This document shows positions 38,583 to 53,250 of a stretch of DNA of 64,000 nucleotides, one piece after another. How positions within the stretch are numbered: the stretch's first letter is position 1; the number at the start of each line of letters is the position of its first letter. Below the pieces are notes generated by a model that saw nothing but the letters and a program-made list of their open reading frames with translations, ran no database searches and was not told where the DNA came from. This DNA is from Octopus vulgaris (Eukaryota): contig OX597830.1 of the NCBI GenBank assembly GCA_951406725.2, forward strand, positions 20,584,001 to 20,648,000. The letters run 5' to 3'. The position numbers were made by a program, and so were the translations under genes.

Positions 38583-39079
38583 CAAAGTGATGAAAATAAG
38601 CCTCATCAGCACATTATGCTGGATCCTAGGGAGTATAGGAAGGGATTATAGGATTATTGTTACATAATCCTATATATTATGACATCCATTACATGAGCTC
38701 GTATGAATTGCGTAATCTTTTACTTGTTTCAGTCATTTGACTGCGGCCATGTTGCGCGTATGTGTTTGTGCGTAGACTTTTAAACGCACATACATACACA
38801 CATAAAGAGAGAGAGTGAGAGAGAGAGAGAGAGGAATTGGGAGAGAGAAAGAGAGAGAGGGTGTAGGAGAGAGTGAGGGAGTGGGAGAGAGAGAGGGGAA
38901 GTGGGAGAGAGAAAGAGAGAGAGGGGGAACGAGAGCGGAGCGTGAGAAGCAAGCTAAATTGTAAAAGATCAATTCTTGACCATTAGTCTTCTGACCAACC
39001 CGCTGCCCTTTCACTCTTTGCAATCACGAAGGTCTCGCCCTCGTTTGCAAGGATCATCATCTGCAGTCGTCAAGTGGTC

Positions 39080-39701
39080 CGTGGGCGAAATTTGGTTTCC
39101 CACGAAAGTTCCGGACCCTAGTTATGAACTCATTTGCATACAGCCAATCAGAACTCGACTATCAAACTAATTTATGAGCGGATAACAAGTGATGGACAAT
39201 AAGATAAGGTCACTTGGGTAATGAATGCTTGTTTTCTGCGCAATTATTTCTGCTGTTGTTTACTTTGTAAAACAGTAAGGAAAGAGGGTTGCTAACACCT
39301 CACCCTCTACCCATATTTTTTCCACCCACATCCTTACCATATGGGGCCCTAACAAAATCCGATTTATCGGTACAAATGCAAATCTATCTAATTACTTGTC
39401 TCCTTCTAAAATCAAGCATAACGAGGCGATCGATCGACATACAGCACCGTCCTTCGTCTTGAATGTACTTGACAGAGCGTGTTTTACCAAAAGATTGAAA
39501 ACATTCACGGATGTTATGTTGGGCTTTGTGTCCAGGGCATTACCTGAGAGCTGAACGGATCTGAGCCTTCGTTATCCGCATGGCTACCTCTGCGTAGTTG
39601 CTTGCGTACAACAAGGTCAAGGTGAGCTCCGATTGGCTATATGCAAGTGAGCTCAGTACAGGAGTCCGAAACTCTCGTGGAAAAAACAATTTCGGTGCAC
39701 G
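39080..39701. mobile_element. Old MITE-like element with ~75-bp imperfect TIRs
   Basis: 39086-39156 aligns to the reverse complement of 39624-39694; inner GCGGATAAC/GTTATCCGC pair; TSD not resolved. Confidence 0.72.
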
Positions 39702-39927
39702 TAGGTTGCGGGTGAGATAATGTTAATGATAACTATTTTGGGCGCTCGACCAATAGACTCAAATTCAAAAGGCTCAGCTTGTTCCACTGAGTCTACCTGG
39801 GGTTTGGATCAATAGTGCTGTGTGTGTCTGTGAAAAAATTATCGTAGACGTTGACGGAGGTTCATCATACGTACGTGTCCATATACGCACATGCATGCTT
39901 GCTTACGGGTTCATGTATACATACCAA

Positions 39928-39963
<36 letters not shown>

Positions 39964-40019
39964 TACATACATACATATATATATACACACACACACACAT
40001 ATATATATATTGTGTGTGT

Positions 40020-40886
<867 letters not shown>

Positions 40887-40946
40887 ATATATATATATAG
40901 TATGCATATATTATACACACATATACACATATAAAAGTATACACAA

Positions 40947-42350
<1,404 letters not shown>

Positions 42351-42379
42351 TAGTGTATGCAGTATGGATTTGTTATGGC

Positions 42380-42571
42380 GTTGAGGATGATGGTAGTGGG
42401 TGTGGTGGTGTTACTGCTGCTGCTGGTAGTTGTATATCTGAGAGTAACGTTAGTAAGGTTAAGAAAGAGAAAGGGAGGGGTGGGTGGGTTTTTTTAGTGA
42501 AAATCGTAGTGTTGGTGCCAGTACAAACTGATACGGTTATGGTGGTAGTAGTAGCGTTAGTGGTAGAGATG

Positions 42572-42622
<51 letters not shown>

Positions 42623-43189
42623 TTTGTAGTAGTAGTAGTAGTAGTAGTTGTTGTTGTAGTAGTAATAGTTGTGATGGTGGCGGTGGTGGTGGTATTAGTA
42701 GTAATAGTGATGGTTGTGATGGTGGCGGCGGGAGTAGTTGTAGTTGTGGTAGTAATTGATGTGGTAGTGGTGGTGGTGGTGGTTGTGGTTGTGGTTGTGG
42801 TAGCAGTAGCGGCAGAGGTAGTTGGTGGTTATGTTTATTGATGCTAACCGAATTGGTGTGTTAGTAGCGGTGGTAGTGGATGCGGTAGTGTTACTCGTTA
42901 GGCTGTGGTGGTGGTGACGGTAGTGGTGGTGGTGGTGGTGGTGGGGGTGAATGTGGTGGTGGTGGTGGTGGTGGTGGCAATGCTGTTCGATGCTGACGAT
43001 GTAGAAGGATGCCGAAATGGGAGGAGGAGGAGGAGGAAGAAGAAGAAGAAGAAGAAGAATGAGGAGGAGGAGGAGGAGGAGGAGATGAGAACGTAACTAG
43101 TAAGGGTAATGGCGGTGGTGGTTGTAGTTGTGGTGGTAGTGAACGAGATGATAAAATAATAGTGACGGTAGTAGTAGTAGTAGTAGTAT

Positions 43190-43223
<34 letters not shown>

Positions 43224-43343
43224 TACTGCGGTGCTGATGGTGATGGTGCTAGTGCTGTGTGTGTGTGTGTGTGTGTGTGTACGCGAGAGAGAGAGAGAAT
43301 GAGAGAGAATGGGTGAATGATGAATGAGGGGGGGGGGGAGAAA

Positions 43344-43376
<33 letters not shown>

Positions 43377-44200
43377 GAGAGGGGGGGACAATATGTAAGT
43401 GAGAGAGAGGGTGAGAGACAGAGGGGTAAGAGAGGGGGAGAGAGGGAGGCTCCACCCATCCAGCAATGGATCACCAATGCCGGCTTTATATTGGCGAGTT
43501 TGGTACGCAGGACAGGACGGTTTGTTGGATGCCGGGGGGGGGAGGGGGAAGGTTTGCGTTGTTGTTGTTGTTGTGGCGATGTTGGTGGTGGTGGTGGTGG
43601 TGGTGTTTGGAAAGATGAATTTGAAGGATGTGGTGAAGACGAATCAGGAAGAGAGATAAGAAGAGATAAAGAAAGTCGGGGAAAGAGAGAGGGTGAGGGT
43701 GAGCGAGAGAGAAAGAGAGAGAGAGAGAGCGCGAAAGAAAGAAAGAAACAAAGAAGAAGAAGAAGAAGAAGAAGAAGAAGAAGAAGAAGAAGAAGAAGAA
43801 GAAGAAGAAGAAGATATGGGGATAACGAGAGCGGGATTCTTGTGTAGCAGGATATGGGACGAGTTCCGATAGAAGGGTAGAGGTGCTTACAATTGTTGGT
43901 GTTGGCAGGGGGAAAGAGGTGTCCTATTGGTTGTGAAGGGGTGAATGAGAGAGAGAGAGACAGAGAGACAGAGAGATAGAAGTTAGCTCTAGATTATGGA
44001 AGTTGGGAGAGATGAGAAATAGGAGAAGAAGAAGAAGAAAAAGAAGAAGGAGAAGGAGAAGAAGAAGAAGAAGAAGAAGAAGAAGAAGAGGAAGTAGAAG
44101 AAGAAGAAGCTAAAGAGGAGGAGGAGGAGGAGGAGGAGGAAAAAGAAGAGAAGGAGGAAAAGGAGAGTAAAGAGTACAGAGGGAGAACAGGTGGGAGTTA
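42380..44200. repeat. (GTA)n/(GGT)n/(GAA)n/(GAG)n/(GA)n low-complexity field
   Basis: Directly visible. Confidence 0.85.
43450..43530 (-). promoter_or_regulatory. Possible core promoter island (CCAAT and TATAAA)
   Basis: Minus strand GCCAATATAAAGCCGGCATTGG; TATAAA at 43490-43485; unique GC-rich island among repeats; motif evidence only. Confidence 0.2.
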
Positions 44201-44457
44201 GGTTGAGGAGGTTTATGAAAGAAAGGGGAGAAGTGAGAGGATGTGAGAGGATAGATATCGTCTGGGTTGTAGTTGAGTTTGTTGTATCGCGTATAAGTGT
44301 TAGTGGTGTCATGTTGGTATTAGTTACATTGGTAGAAGTGTAAATGGAGCATGTATTTGGTGTGGCGGTAGTAGCCGTAGTAGTGGTGGTAGTGGTGGCG
44401 GTGGTAGGAGATTACACTTGGCATGTATATACGCATGTATATACATACATACATACA

Positions 44458-44489
<32 letters not shown>

Positions 44490-44499
44490 GATATATATA

Positions 44500-44831
44500 T
44501 GGTTCAGTGGTTAGAGCGTCGACCTTACGATCGTGAGGTTGTGAGTTCGAATCCCGGACCGGGCTGCGTGTTCTGTTCTTGAGCAAGACACTTTTTTTCA
44601 CGTTGCTCCAGTTCACTCAGCTGTAGGAATGAGTTGCGACGTCTCAGGTGCCAAGCTGTATCGGCCCCTTTGCCTCTCCCTTGGATAACACTGGTGGCGT
44701 GGGGAGGGGAGGTTGCTTATGAATGGGCGACTACTGGTCTTCCATAAACAACCTTGCCCGGACTTGTGCCTCGGAGAGTAACTTTCTAGGTGCAACCCCA
44801 TGGTCAGTCAGTCATGACCGAAGGGGGTCTC
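44500..44831 (+). mobile_element. tRNA-derived CORE-like SINE, head H2 + tail Z
   Basis: TGGTTCAGTGG, GAGTTCGAATCCC, TTCTTGAGCAAGACACTT; tail shared with the 52798 copy. Confidence 0.88.
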
Positions 44832-44833
44832 AG

Positions 44834-44883
<50 letters not shown>

Positions 44884-44929
44884 GTGTGTGCGCGCGCGCG
44901 CGTGTGTGTGTGTGTGTGTGTATATATAT

Positions 44930-45267
44930 AGGAGTGGCTGTGTGGTAAGAAGCTTGCTTACCAACATCATGGTTCCGGGTTCAGTCCCACTGCGTGGCAC
45001 CTTGGGCTGGTGTCTTCTACTATAGCATTGGGCCAGCAAAGCACTGTGAGTGAATTTGGAAGAAGCCCGTCGTATATGTATGTATGTATGTATGTATGTA
45101 TTTGTGTTTGTGTTTGTCCCCCTTGACACCGGTATTGGTGTGTTTACATCCCCGTAACTTTGCGGTTCGGCAAAAGGGAATGACAGAATAAGTCCTGGGG
45201 ACGATTTTCTCGACTAAAGGCGGTGCTCCACCATTTCCGCTGTCAAATGTCTGAAACAAGTAAAAGA
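44930..45267 (+). mobile_element. SINE family C
   Basis: Collinear with the 40476 copy. Confidence 0.87.
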
Positions 45268-45299
45268 AAAAATATATATATATTCATACACACACACGC

Positions 45300-45508
45300 A
45301 TGACTGCGGCCATGCTGGGGCACCTCCTTGAAAGTTTTAGTTGAAGCAATCGATTTCAGTTCTTGTTATTAATCCAGGGGCTTTTACTATCGGTCTCTTA
45401 AGTCGAACCGCCATGTTATGGGGACGTAAACACACGAACACCGTAAACACACGAATATCAAGCATTGATGGAGGAAAACAGATTCAAAGGCACACACACA
45501 CACACACA

Positions 45509-45578
<70 letters not shown>

Positions 45579-45628
45579 GACGGGCTTCTTTCAGTTTCCG
45601 TCAATGAAATCCACTCACAGGGGCTTTG
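45300..45628 (-). mobile_element. SINE family C (diverged), tail-to-tail with the preceding copy
   Basis: TGACTGCGGCCATGCTGGGGCACC..ACGACGGGCTTCTTTCAGTTTCCGTC. Confidence 0.8.
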
Positions 45629-46107
45629 ATATATATTTATATATGTGTAAATATGTTCATATGTGCATTAAAAAAAAATTGAAAGTTACTTTCCGAACTA
45701 TGAGACCATAACGCTGTTTCTCCGGAATTTGTAGAGTACCCCTCTTGGACGGGACTTGGGTATAGATAGCTACGTACATACATTTATAGACATATATGTA
45801 TACATACACGCACGCGTGTGTGTGTGCAAGCATAATGCCTATGTATGTCTATCTACCTATCTCTATGTATACAAAATTAAGAGGAATGACCACTAAAGTG
45901 GACACCTAATATGCTAAACATAGACGTCAAATCAATTTTTAATCTTCGATTTTTTTAAATATGCTAAGCCACTGGTTTTTTATTGATTAATATTTAATTA
46001 TATCAATGTATATATATATATTTGTGTGTGTGTATGTATGTGAGTGTATATGTGTGTATATATATAAATATATATATATTTATATACATATATATATATA
46101 TATATAG

Positions 46108-46165
<58 letters not shown>

Positions 46166-46703
46166 GCGAAAGAGAGTGTATGTGTAAGTGTGGGTGGATG
46201 AGAGCGGGGGTGGTTTGTGGTGTGTGCGTGTGAGTCGGATAAATTAAGGAGATCGACAAGATTTCCACATAATGAAGAAAATAGTAACGCGAGAGGTGGT
46301 AAGTCGTAACACGGTCGGTATGTAACACCATAAGTGTAACATAGATTGTAACAGAGTTCAGCGATTAACGCTGTCTGTAGCGGCGCTGCTTGTCAGAAAC
46401 CATTAAGTTACACTTCTTTGAAGTTCTCTTATCTCCAGCTTGCGTACATAAAACATATATGTGTGTATATAGGAGCATACTATACACGCAGGCACATACA
46501 TACGCACATACATACATATATACATACCTACGTACATACGTGCATGACATACATACATACTTATACATATACATACACGTTTATTCATATGATCATATAT
46601 ATATATATATACATGTATGTATATATATATATATAAAACTATATCTATATATATATATATGTATCTATATATATATAAGTAAATATATATACATATATAT
46701 ACA

Positions 46704-46753
<50 letters not shown>

Positions 46754-46763
46754 AACTTATACA

Positions 46764-46807
<44 letters not shown>

Positions 46808-47054
46808 TATTTATATACGTACGAGCTTGATATATTTATATATATATGCTTATACATATATACTTACATACTCATGCGTATATACATAAGTCAGATGTGT
46901 GTGTGTGTGTAATCTCTCTCGAGAGTATTTATCCAGCTATCTACTTTGTAAACACAAGCATTTACCTAATATATACACACACACACATGCAGATGTATAT
47001 GTGCGTATATTTATGCACGCATGTAAATAAGTATGCCTATATGTGTATGCATAC

Positions 47055-47166
<112 letters not shown>

Positions 47167-48477
47167 TTAGTTCCATACAAACACAATGGTGACGCTATCA
47201 ATCGTTCTATCTTTCTTCCAGACAAAATAATGTTGTTCACTTCTTTTGCCGTTCGTTTTTATTTCTGTTTTCTTTCTGTAGAGAGTAGAAAGGGGAAATA
47301 AATGCAAGCACCACCATACTTGCCTTCTTTCCCTCCTAAGGGCATCAACAGCTTAAGTGAAGTGAATTGGCTTAATCCGGAAATTGAAACCCGCTCTCCA
47401 GGAGGTCATCCCTTTAACAACGTCCTTCATCTTTCATGGATTTCTCTCCCGTTTTTTTTTTCTTCTTTCCCTCTGTTTTTTTATCCCCTTTTATTTTGTT
47501 TATTATTATGTCTTGATAAAACTTGGTTTGTGGCCAGCTGGACCATTGATTTCTGCAGTGTGTATGTAATTGGTGTTAGGAATATGTCATCCCCGACAAT
47601 ACAAATACAAATAAAAAGATGATAAATATAAAAAGAAGAAGAAGAAAAACAAACAGCAAGAAACGACAACAAAAAATTTACTTTTCATTGACGATTTCCG
47701 CCATTTTGCAACGTCTTGGTTGTTACTTTATTATCGATGTTTCGGCAATCTTTAATCACCGCAACAAGTTTTCTTACCACTCTTATCTAAGCTAAATGTG
47801 CGGCCAATAGAAATATGCTGAAGTGTGATGGTGGAGGATGAAGAGGAAGACTGAAAAGAGGAGGAGAAGGCGGACATGGTAGTGGTGGTGGTAGAGAGGA
47901 AAGGAGGTGAAAGGAATAAATGAAGGAAGAGAAGGAAATGGTACATAAATAAGAGAAAGAAAAGGGAAGAGAAAAGGAGAAAAGTCCGTTTTGACTTTTT
48001 GCCTGGAAACATTTAATTGTACAAGTTGCCTTATTTCAACACATACCTATTGCTACAGCCGTTGATGTTGTTGTTGTTGTTGTGTGTACTGTTTCCTTCT
48101 TCTTCTTCTTCTTCTTCTTCTTCTTCTTCTTCTTCTTCTTCTTCTTCTTCTTCTTCTTCTTTTTCTTCTTCTTCTTCTTTTCTTCTTCTTCTTCTTCTTC
48201 TTCTTCTTCTTCTTCTTCTATTTCTCTTCCTCTTCTTCTATTTCTCTTTCTCCTCATTCAGTCTCATGTCAGCCTTGATATACTTATATAGTCACGGATG
48301 ATCAACCTTTTAGCACCTCATTTTTTATTCAGCCGTGGGTACTTATCACTCTTTTCCTGACGATATTGTGAAGTACGGTGAATTATGAAGCCATTGGCTG
48401 TTATTTCTTCTCTAGCCATCGTTATTGTTGCTATATTTGTTATTGCGGTTGTTTTTGTAATTGTTTTCGTTGTTGTT

Positions 48478-48800
48478 TAGCTTCAACTTACCTTTGACAT
48501 ACCTGTATGCTTCCACACGATCAAACTTTCGGTATCCCGTCCTTCATGCAACCGTGATGAAATGCAGGATACTTAGATGTTATTTCTAGCAACTTCATTG
48601 ACCACATAGAGGCCCCTCTACAGCCTTTGTTGTTGTTGTTGTTGTTATTCTTTGTCCCCGGCCAAGCACGTCCGTTATCAAAATGACTCCTGCATTACCC
48701 ATACTACCTTTACTCAGACCCAGTCTAGTTATTATCTAGAATAGCATTATCAAAGGCATCTTTGCTTTAGGAAGTCAATGAGGTTTTGAGCAATCGGCTA
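48478..48800 (+). mobile_element. Old interspersed repeat family E, two diverged copies
   Basis: GTTATTTCTAGC..ACCACATAGAGGC resembles 60862-60912. Confidence 0.5.
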
Positions 48801-48828
48801 CGAAGTGCCCCTGTCTGTGTCTGTCAGC

Positions 48829-48881
<53 letters not shown>

Positions 48882-48892
48882 ACACAACCTAT

Positions 48893-49022
<130 letters not shown>

Positions 49023-49031
49023 GTCTATCTG

Positions 49032-49120
<89 letters not shown>

Positions 49121-49594
49121 CTTTGTGTCTCTCTCACCCACTCTCATTCACTCACTCTGGCAAGTCATCAAGTCGGGAAGCAAAAGCAAAAAACAGATTT
49201 AAATATCCTTTTCTTAAGAATCTACTTTACAAAGTACATATCGGCCCTAAAATATCTAAGATACACATTTTGTTCGTCGGCTCTAATTCAACAGTATATC
49301 TGCGATCAAAGGTATTGTAGCGTAGGAGTAAATGGCCTTTACCGAGATTTTAGCCGACACTATATATAAATAAAGGAATATAACCATTTTGCCTATATAC
49401 ATAATATCTTCATGGACAAAAAAAATTAGTTTCAATCTTGTGTTTGGATTTCATCAGTGATCGAAATAACTTTTGTAACTCCAAAGGAACTGTGCTTATA
49501 TGTCCGCTATCAAATAATTGAAATTGACCGATCGTCGTGTGTAACGCGTTTCTTACGGCAAGATCGATTAATAAATTATTGGCTCATTGTATAA

Positions 49595-49596
<2 letters not shown>

Positions 49597-49674
<78 letters not shown>

Positions 49675-49685
49675 AGTGTGTGTGT

Positions 49686-49738
<53 letters not shown>

Positions 49739-49893
49739 AGTGTGTGTGTGTGTGTCAGTGTGTGTGTGTGTCAGTGTGTGTGTGTCAGTGTGTGTCAGTG
49801 TGTGTGTGTGTGTTTTTCGGTGTCAGTGTGTGTATGTGTCAGTGTGTGTCAGTGTGTGTGTGGGAGTGTGTGTTAGTGTGTGTGTGTGTGTGT
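49597..49893. repeat. (TG)n with periodic TCAG interruptions
   Basis: Directly visible. Confidence 0.9.
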
Positions 49894-50269
49894 CCATAAA
49901 TGTATCTGAGGGGTTTCCATATAGCCTAGGTTGCCAAATTTCATTCAGAAAACTTTGGTGAACAATTTCCCAAATTACTGCATAGCAGGATCGAACCACC
50001 ATTACCACCGCCACCACCACCGTACACCACTATAAATTTAAGGAATTTATTCACCGAACACGAATACCCGAACGTTTAAAACTTTAGGTTTCCAGCTGAG
50101 TAACTCATATAAAAGTTAACTTCTAATGTATACGCTAATATACTCTAATGGAATATATACAGACATACCAATATAAGGAATATCGGTGAAGCATTCCCAT
50201 CAAAAATTCTATGAAGTGCATTCATAACAGACCCGATATAATTTAATACAGTTCTATATTTAAGAGATG

Positions 50270-50431
50270 AGGAATTATGTACATTATTTATATTATTTAT
50301 ATTTCATGGATATTTGTCCTCATCTTGTTTGTTGTTAACACAACGTTTCGGCTGATGTACCCTCCAGCCTTCATCAGGTGTTTTGGGAAAATTTCGAACC
50401 AGGGTTCTCATTCCTAAGGTATTTTTCAATG

Positions 50432-50508
<77 letters not shown>

Positions 50509-50656
50509 GTTGTTACTATTATTGTTATTATTATTATTATTATTATTATTGTAGTTGTTGTTGTTATCATTATTGTTGTTGTTATTATTATTGTTTTTGT
50601 TGTTGTTGTTGTTATTATTATTGTTGTTGTTGTTGTTATTATCATCATCATCATCA

Positions 50657-50729
<73 letters not shown>

Positions 50730-50734
50730 CATCA

Positions 50735-50768
<34 letters not shown>

Positions 50769-50865
50769 CATTATTATTATTATTATCATTCAGGTCACTG
50801 CCTGGAACCGATCTCGGAATCTTGGGGTTAGTAGCCCGCGCTCTTAGCCACTACGCCGTATGCCC
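50270..50865 (-). mobile_element. Composite element: tRNA-like head + (AAT/AAC)n + Penelope-type tail with hammerhead
   Basis: Head 50865-50791 (CGGCGTAGTGG A-box-like, GGG-CTACTAA-CCC arm, GAGATCGGTTCC degenerate B-box); microsatellite 50790-50432; hammerhead 50382-50337. Confidence 0.7.
50337..50382 (-). ncRNA. Intact minimal type I hammerhead ribozyme motif
   Basis: AACAC-CTGATGA-A-GGCTG[GAGGGTACAT]CAGCC-GAAA-CG-TT-GTGTT: stems I and II perfectly paired, palindromic ACGT stem III, GUU cleavage triplet. Confidence 0.78.
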
Positions 50866-51017
50866 GTGTTAACAACAAACAAGATGAGGACATAAATCCG
50901 TCTAATGTAAATAATGTACTGATATAATTTCTTTGGAATAAAAAAGACAAGTCATATATAGTCATAGACTTTAATTGCCATGCAGAGGTGACCATCTGTT
51001 CGAAAATCAAGTATGTA

Positions 51018-51428
51018 GGCGCAGGTGTGGGCGGATGGAATGTAGCTTGTTTCCTGACCACCTGTTTCCGGGTTCAAACTGCGTGGCACCTTGAGCAAGT
51101 GCTTTCTACTATAGCCTCGGGCCGACCAAAGCCTTGTGAATGGATTTGGTAGACGGAAACTGAAAGAAGCCCGTCGTATATATGTATATATATATATATA
51201 TATATAAGCGTGTGTGTGTTTGTGTGTCTGTGTTTGTCCCCCTAGCATTGCTTGACAACCGATGCTAGTGTATTTATGTCCCCGTTACTTAGCGGTTCGG
51301 CAAAAGAGACCGATAGAATAAGTACTGGGCTTACAAAAGAATAAGTCCCGGTGTCGAGTTGCTCGATTAAAGGTGGTGCTCTAGCATGGCCGCAGTCAAA
51401 TGACTGAAACAAGTAAAAGAGTAAAGAG
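51018..51428 (+). mobile_element. SINE family C, full length
   Basis: Collinear with the 40476 copy. Confidence 0.9.
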
Positions 51429-51488
51429 TATACGTACACACACACACATACACGCGCACACACACACATATATATATAAGCATATACG

Positions 51489-51520
<32 letters not shown>

Positions 51521-51579
51521 TGTATGTATGTATGTATGTATGTATCTATACGTGTATATATCTATGTGTGTGTGACTTT

Positions 51580-51785
51580 CTGTCTGTGCTTGTCCCCACA
51601 CCATCGCTCGACAATCGATGTTGGTGTGTTTATGTCCCCGTAACTTAGCAGTTCGACAAAAGAGAACGAAAGAATAAGTACTAGGCTTATAAAGAATAAA
51701 TACTTGGGTCGATCTTTTTCAACTAAAGTCCTTTAAGGCGGTACTCCAGCATGGCCGTAGTCACGTAACTGAAGCAAGTGAAAGA
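51580..51785 (+). mobile_element. SINE family C, 3' half
   Basis: GGCGGTACTCCAGCATGGCCGTAGTCA tail. Confidence 0.82.
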
Positions 51786-51880
51786 AAATAAGGTGAATAT
51801 TTATGAACAACTTTTTCGAAACTTGCAGTTCCTCTTCATTTATACCAGTAGTTATTGGCGTGTATTGTTATGTTTGTAAA

Positions 51881-52130
51881 TCTATTATACAAAACCGTTC
51901 TGTCTGTCTGTCTGTCTTTCTGTCTGTCTGTCTGTCTGTCTGCCTGTCTGTCTGTGTGTCTGTGTCTTCTAGGATCACGGGCATCCTCCATCCGATTGCG
52001 CTCAAATTTGATATGTAGAAACCGACGGTATCAGGGCGTGTATAAGTTTTGAAAAAATTACAAAAATCGATTCCAGGTGAAAATGCGATCGATAAAACCG
52101 TTTTTGTCCTGCTTTTCTTCCGTCAACTTG
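51881..52130 (+). mobile_element. Helitron-like non-autonomous element, 5' part (3' end not located)
   Basis: A|TC start, TCTATTATACAAAA, internal (CTGT)n, then CCGATTGCGCTCAAATTTG, as in microsatellite-carrying non-autonomous Helitrons. Confidence 0.55.
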
Positions 52131-52797
52131 TACATAACTGCACCTTCCATTTTTTGTTGTTTCTGTACTGCTTAAAGGCACGTTTCTTTCCTGCCAAGCT
52201 TACTGTTTAAATCATGCTTATGATTTCCCAGTCAACAGCCTTATCGCTACTGGTACTTTAAACTCGTCGGTTGCATATTTGTGCGAATAAAATCGTTTTT
52301 CTTTGGAATAGAAAAAAGTCTATCGTTATTTCTTCTTTTGCTGGTGTCTCAAATTTAAGTTAAATCAGTGTTTCTCAAAGGGGAGACCTATGGGTCGGTC
52401 GGACAAGTTGTTTTGAGAAAATTTGGTTTAAATGTTTGACAACTCAGCACCGTCCATTGGACGCGGGGTGTTTTGCTCGTAAATCAATAAGCGACAATCT
52501 GTAGAGGTTAGGATTTTCACGCAAAGGATAACACCGGCTAACATGAACTTTACAGCTACGATCTGTAAGCGGAACAGTAAAAATATACAAGCCGTTCCTA
52601 AGGTTTGAGTTACAGTTGTTGTTATCCAAATCTCAATGATGGAGCTTTGTTTCTTTGCTAGAAACGATCTCGCTCCTTCTCGAAAGAATACTAAGATGCA
52701 CACACACACACACATACACACATGTACATAGGCACATACACACACATACACGTACGCAAGCAAGTACATACATATACACATACACGTGTGTGTGTGT

Positions 52798-53128
52798 GAA
52801 CGCAGCTGGCTCACTGGTTAGACAGTCGGGCTCACAATCATGAGGTAGTGAGTTCGATTCCTGGACCGGGCTGTGTGTTGTGCTCTTGAGCAAGACAACG
52901 TCGCTCCAGCTCACCCAGCTGTAGAAATGAGTTGTGACGTCACTGGTGTCAAGTTGTATTCACCTTCGCCTTTCTCTTGGTGAACATCGGTGGCCTGGAG
53001 GTGGGAGGCGGTTGTGCATGGGCGACTGTTGGTCTTCCATAAACAACCTTGCCTGGACTTGTGCCTCAGAAGGAAACCTTGTAGGTGCAATCCCATGGTC
53101 AGTCATGACCGAAGAGGGTCTTTACCCT
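52798..53128 (+). mobile_element. tRNA-derived CORE-like SINE, head H2 + tail Z
   Basis: TGGCTCACTGG, GAGTTCGATTCC; collinear with the 44500 copy. Confidence 0.87.
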
Positions 53129-53187
53129 GTTTCCTTTATGCATATATATATATATATATATATGCATGTATGTGTGTATAAAATAGA

Positions 53188-53233
<46 letters not shown>

Positions 53234-53250
<17 letters not shown>

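Noticed and set aside
52366-52425. Tiny hAT-like remnant (CAGTGTTTCTCAA..TTGAGAAA)
   Set aside because: Too short and degenerate; no clear TSD
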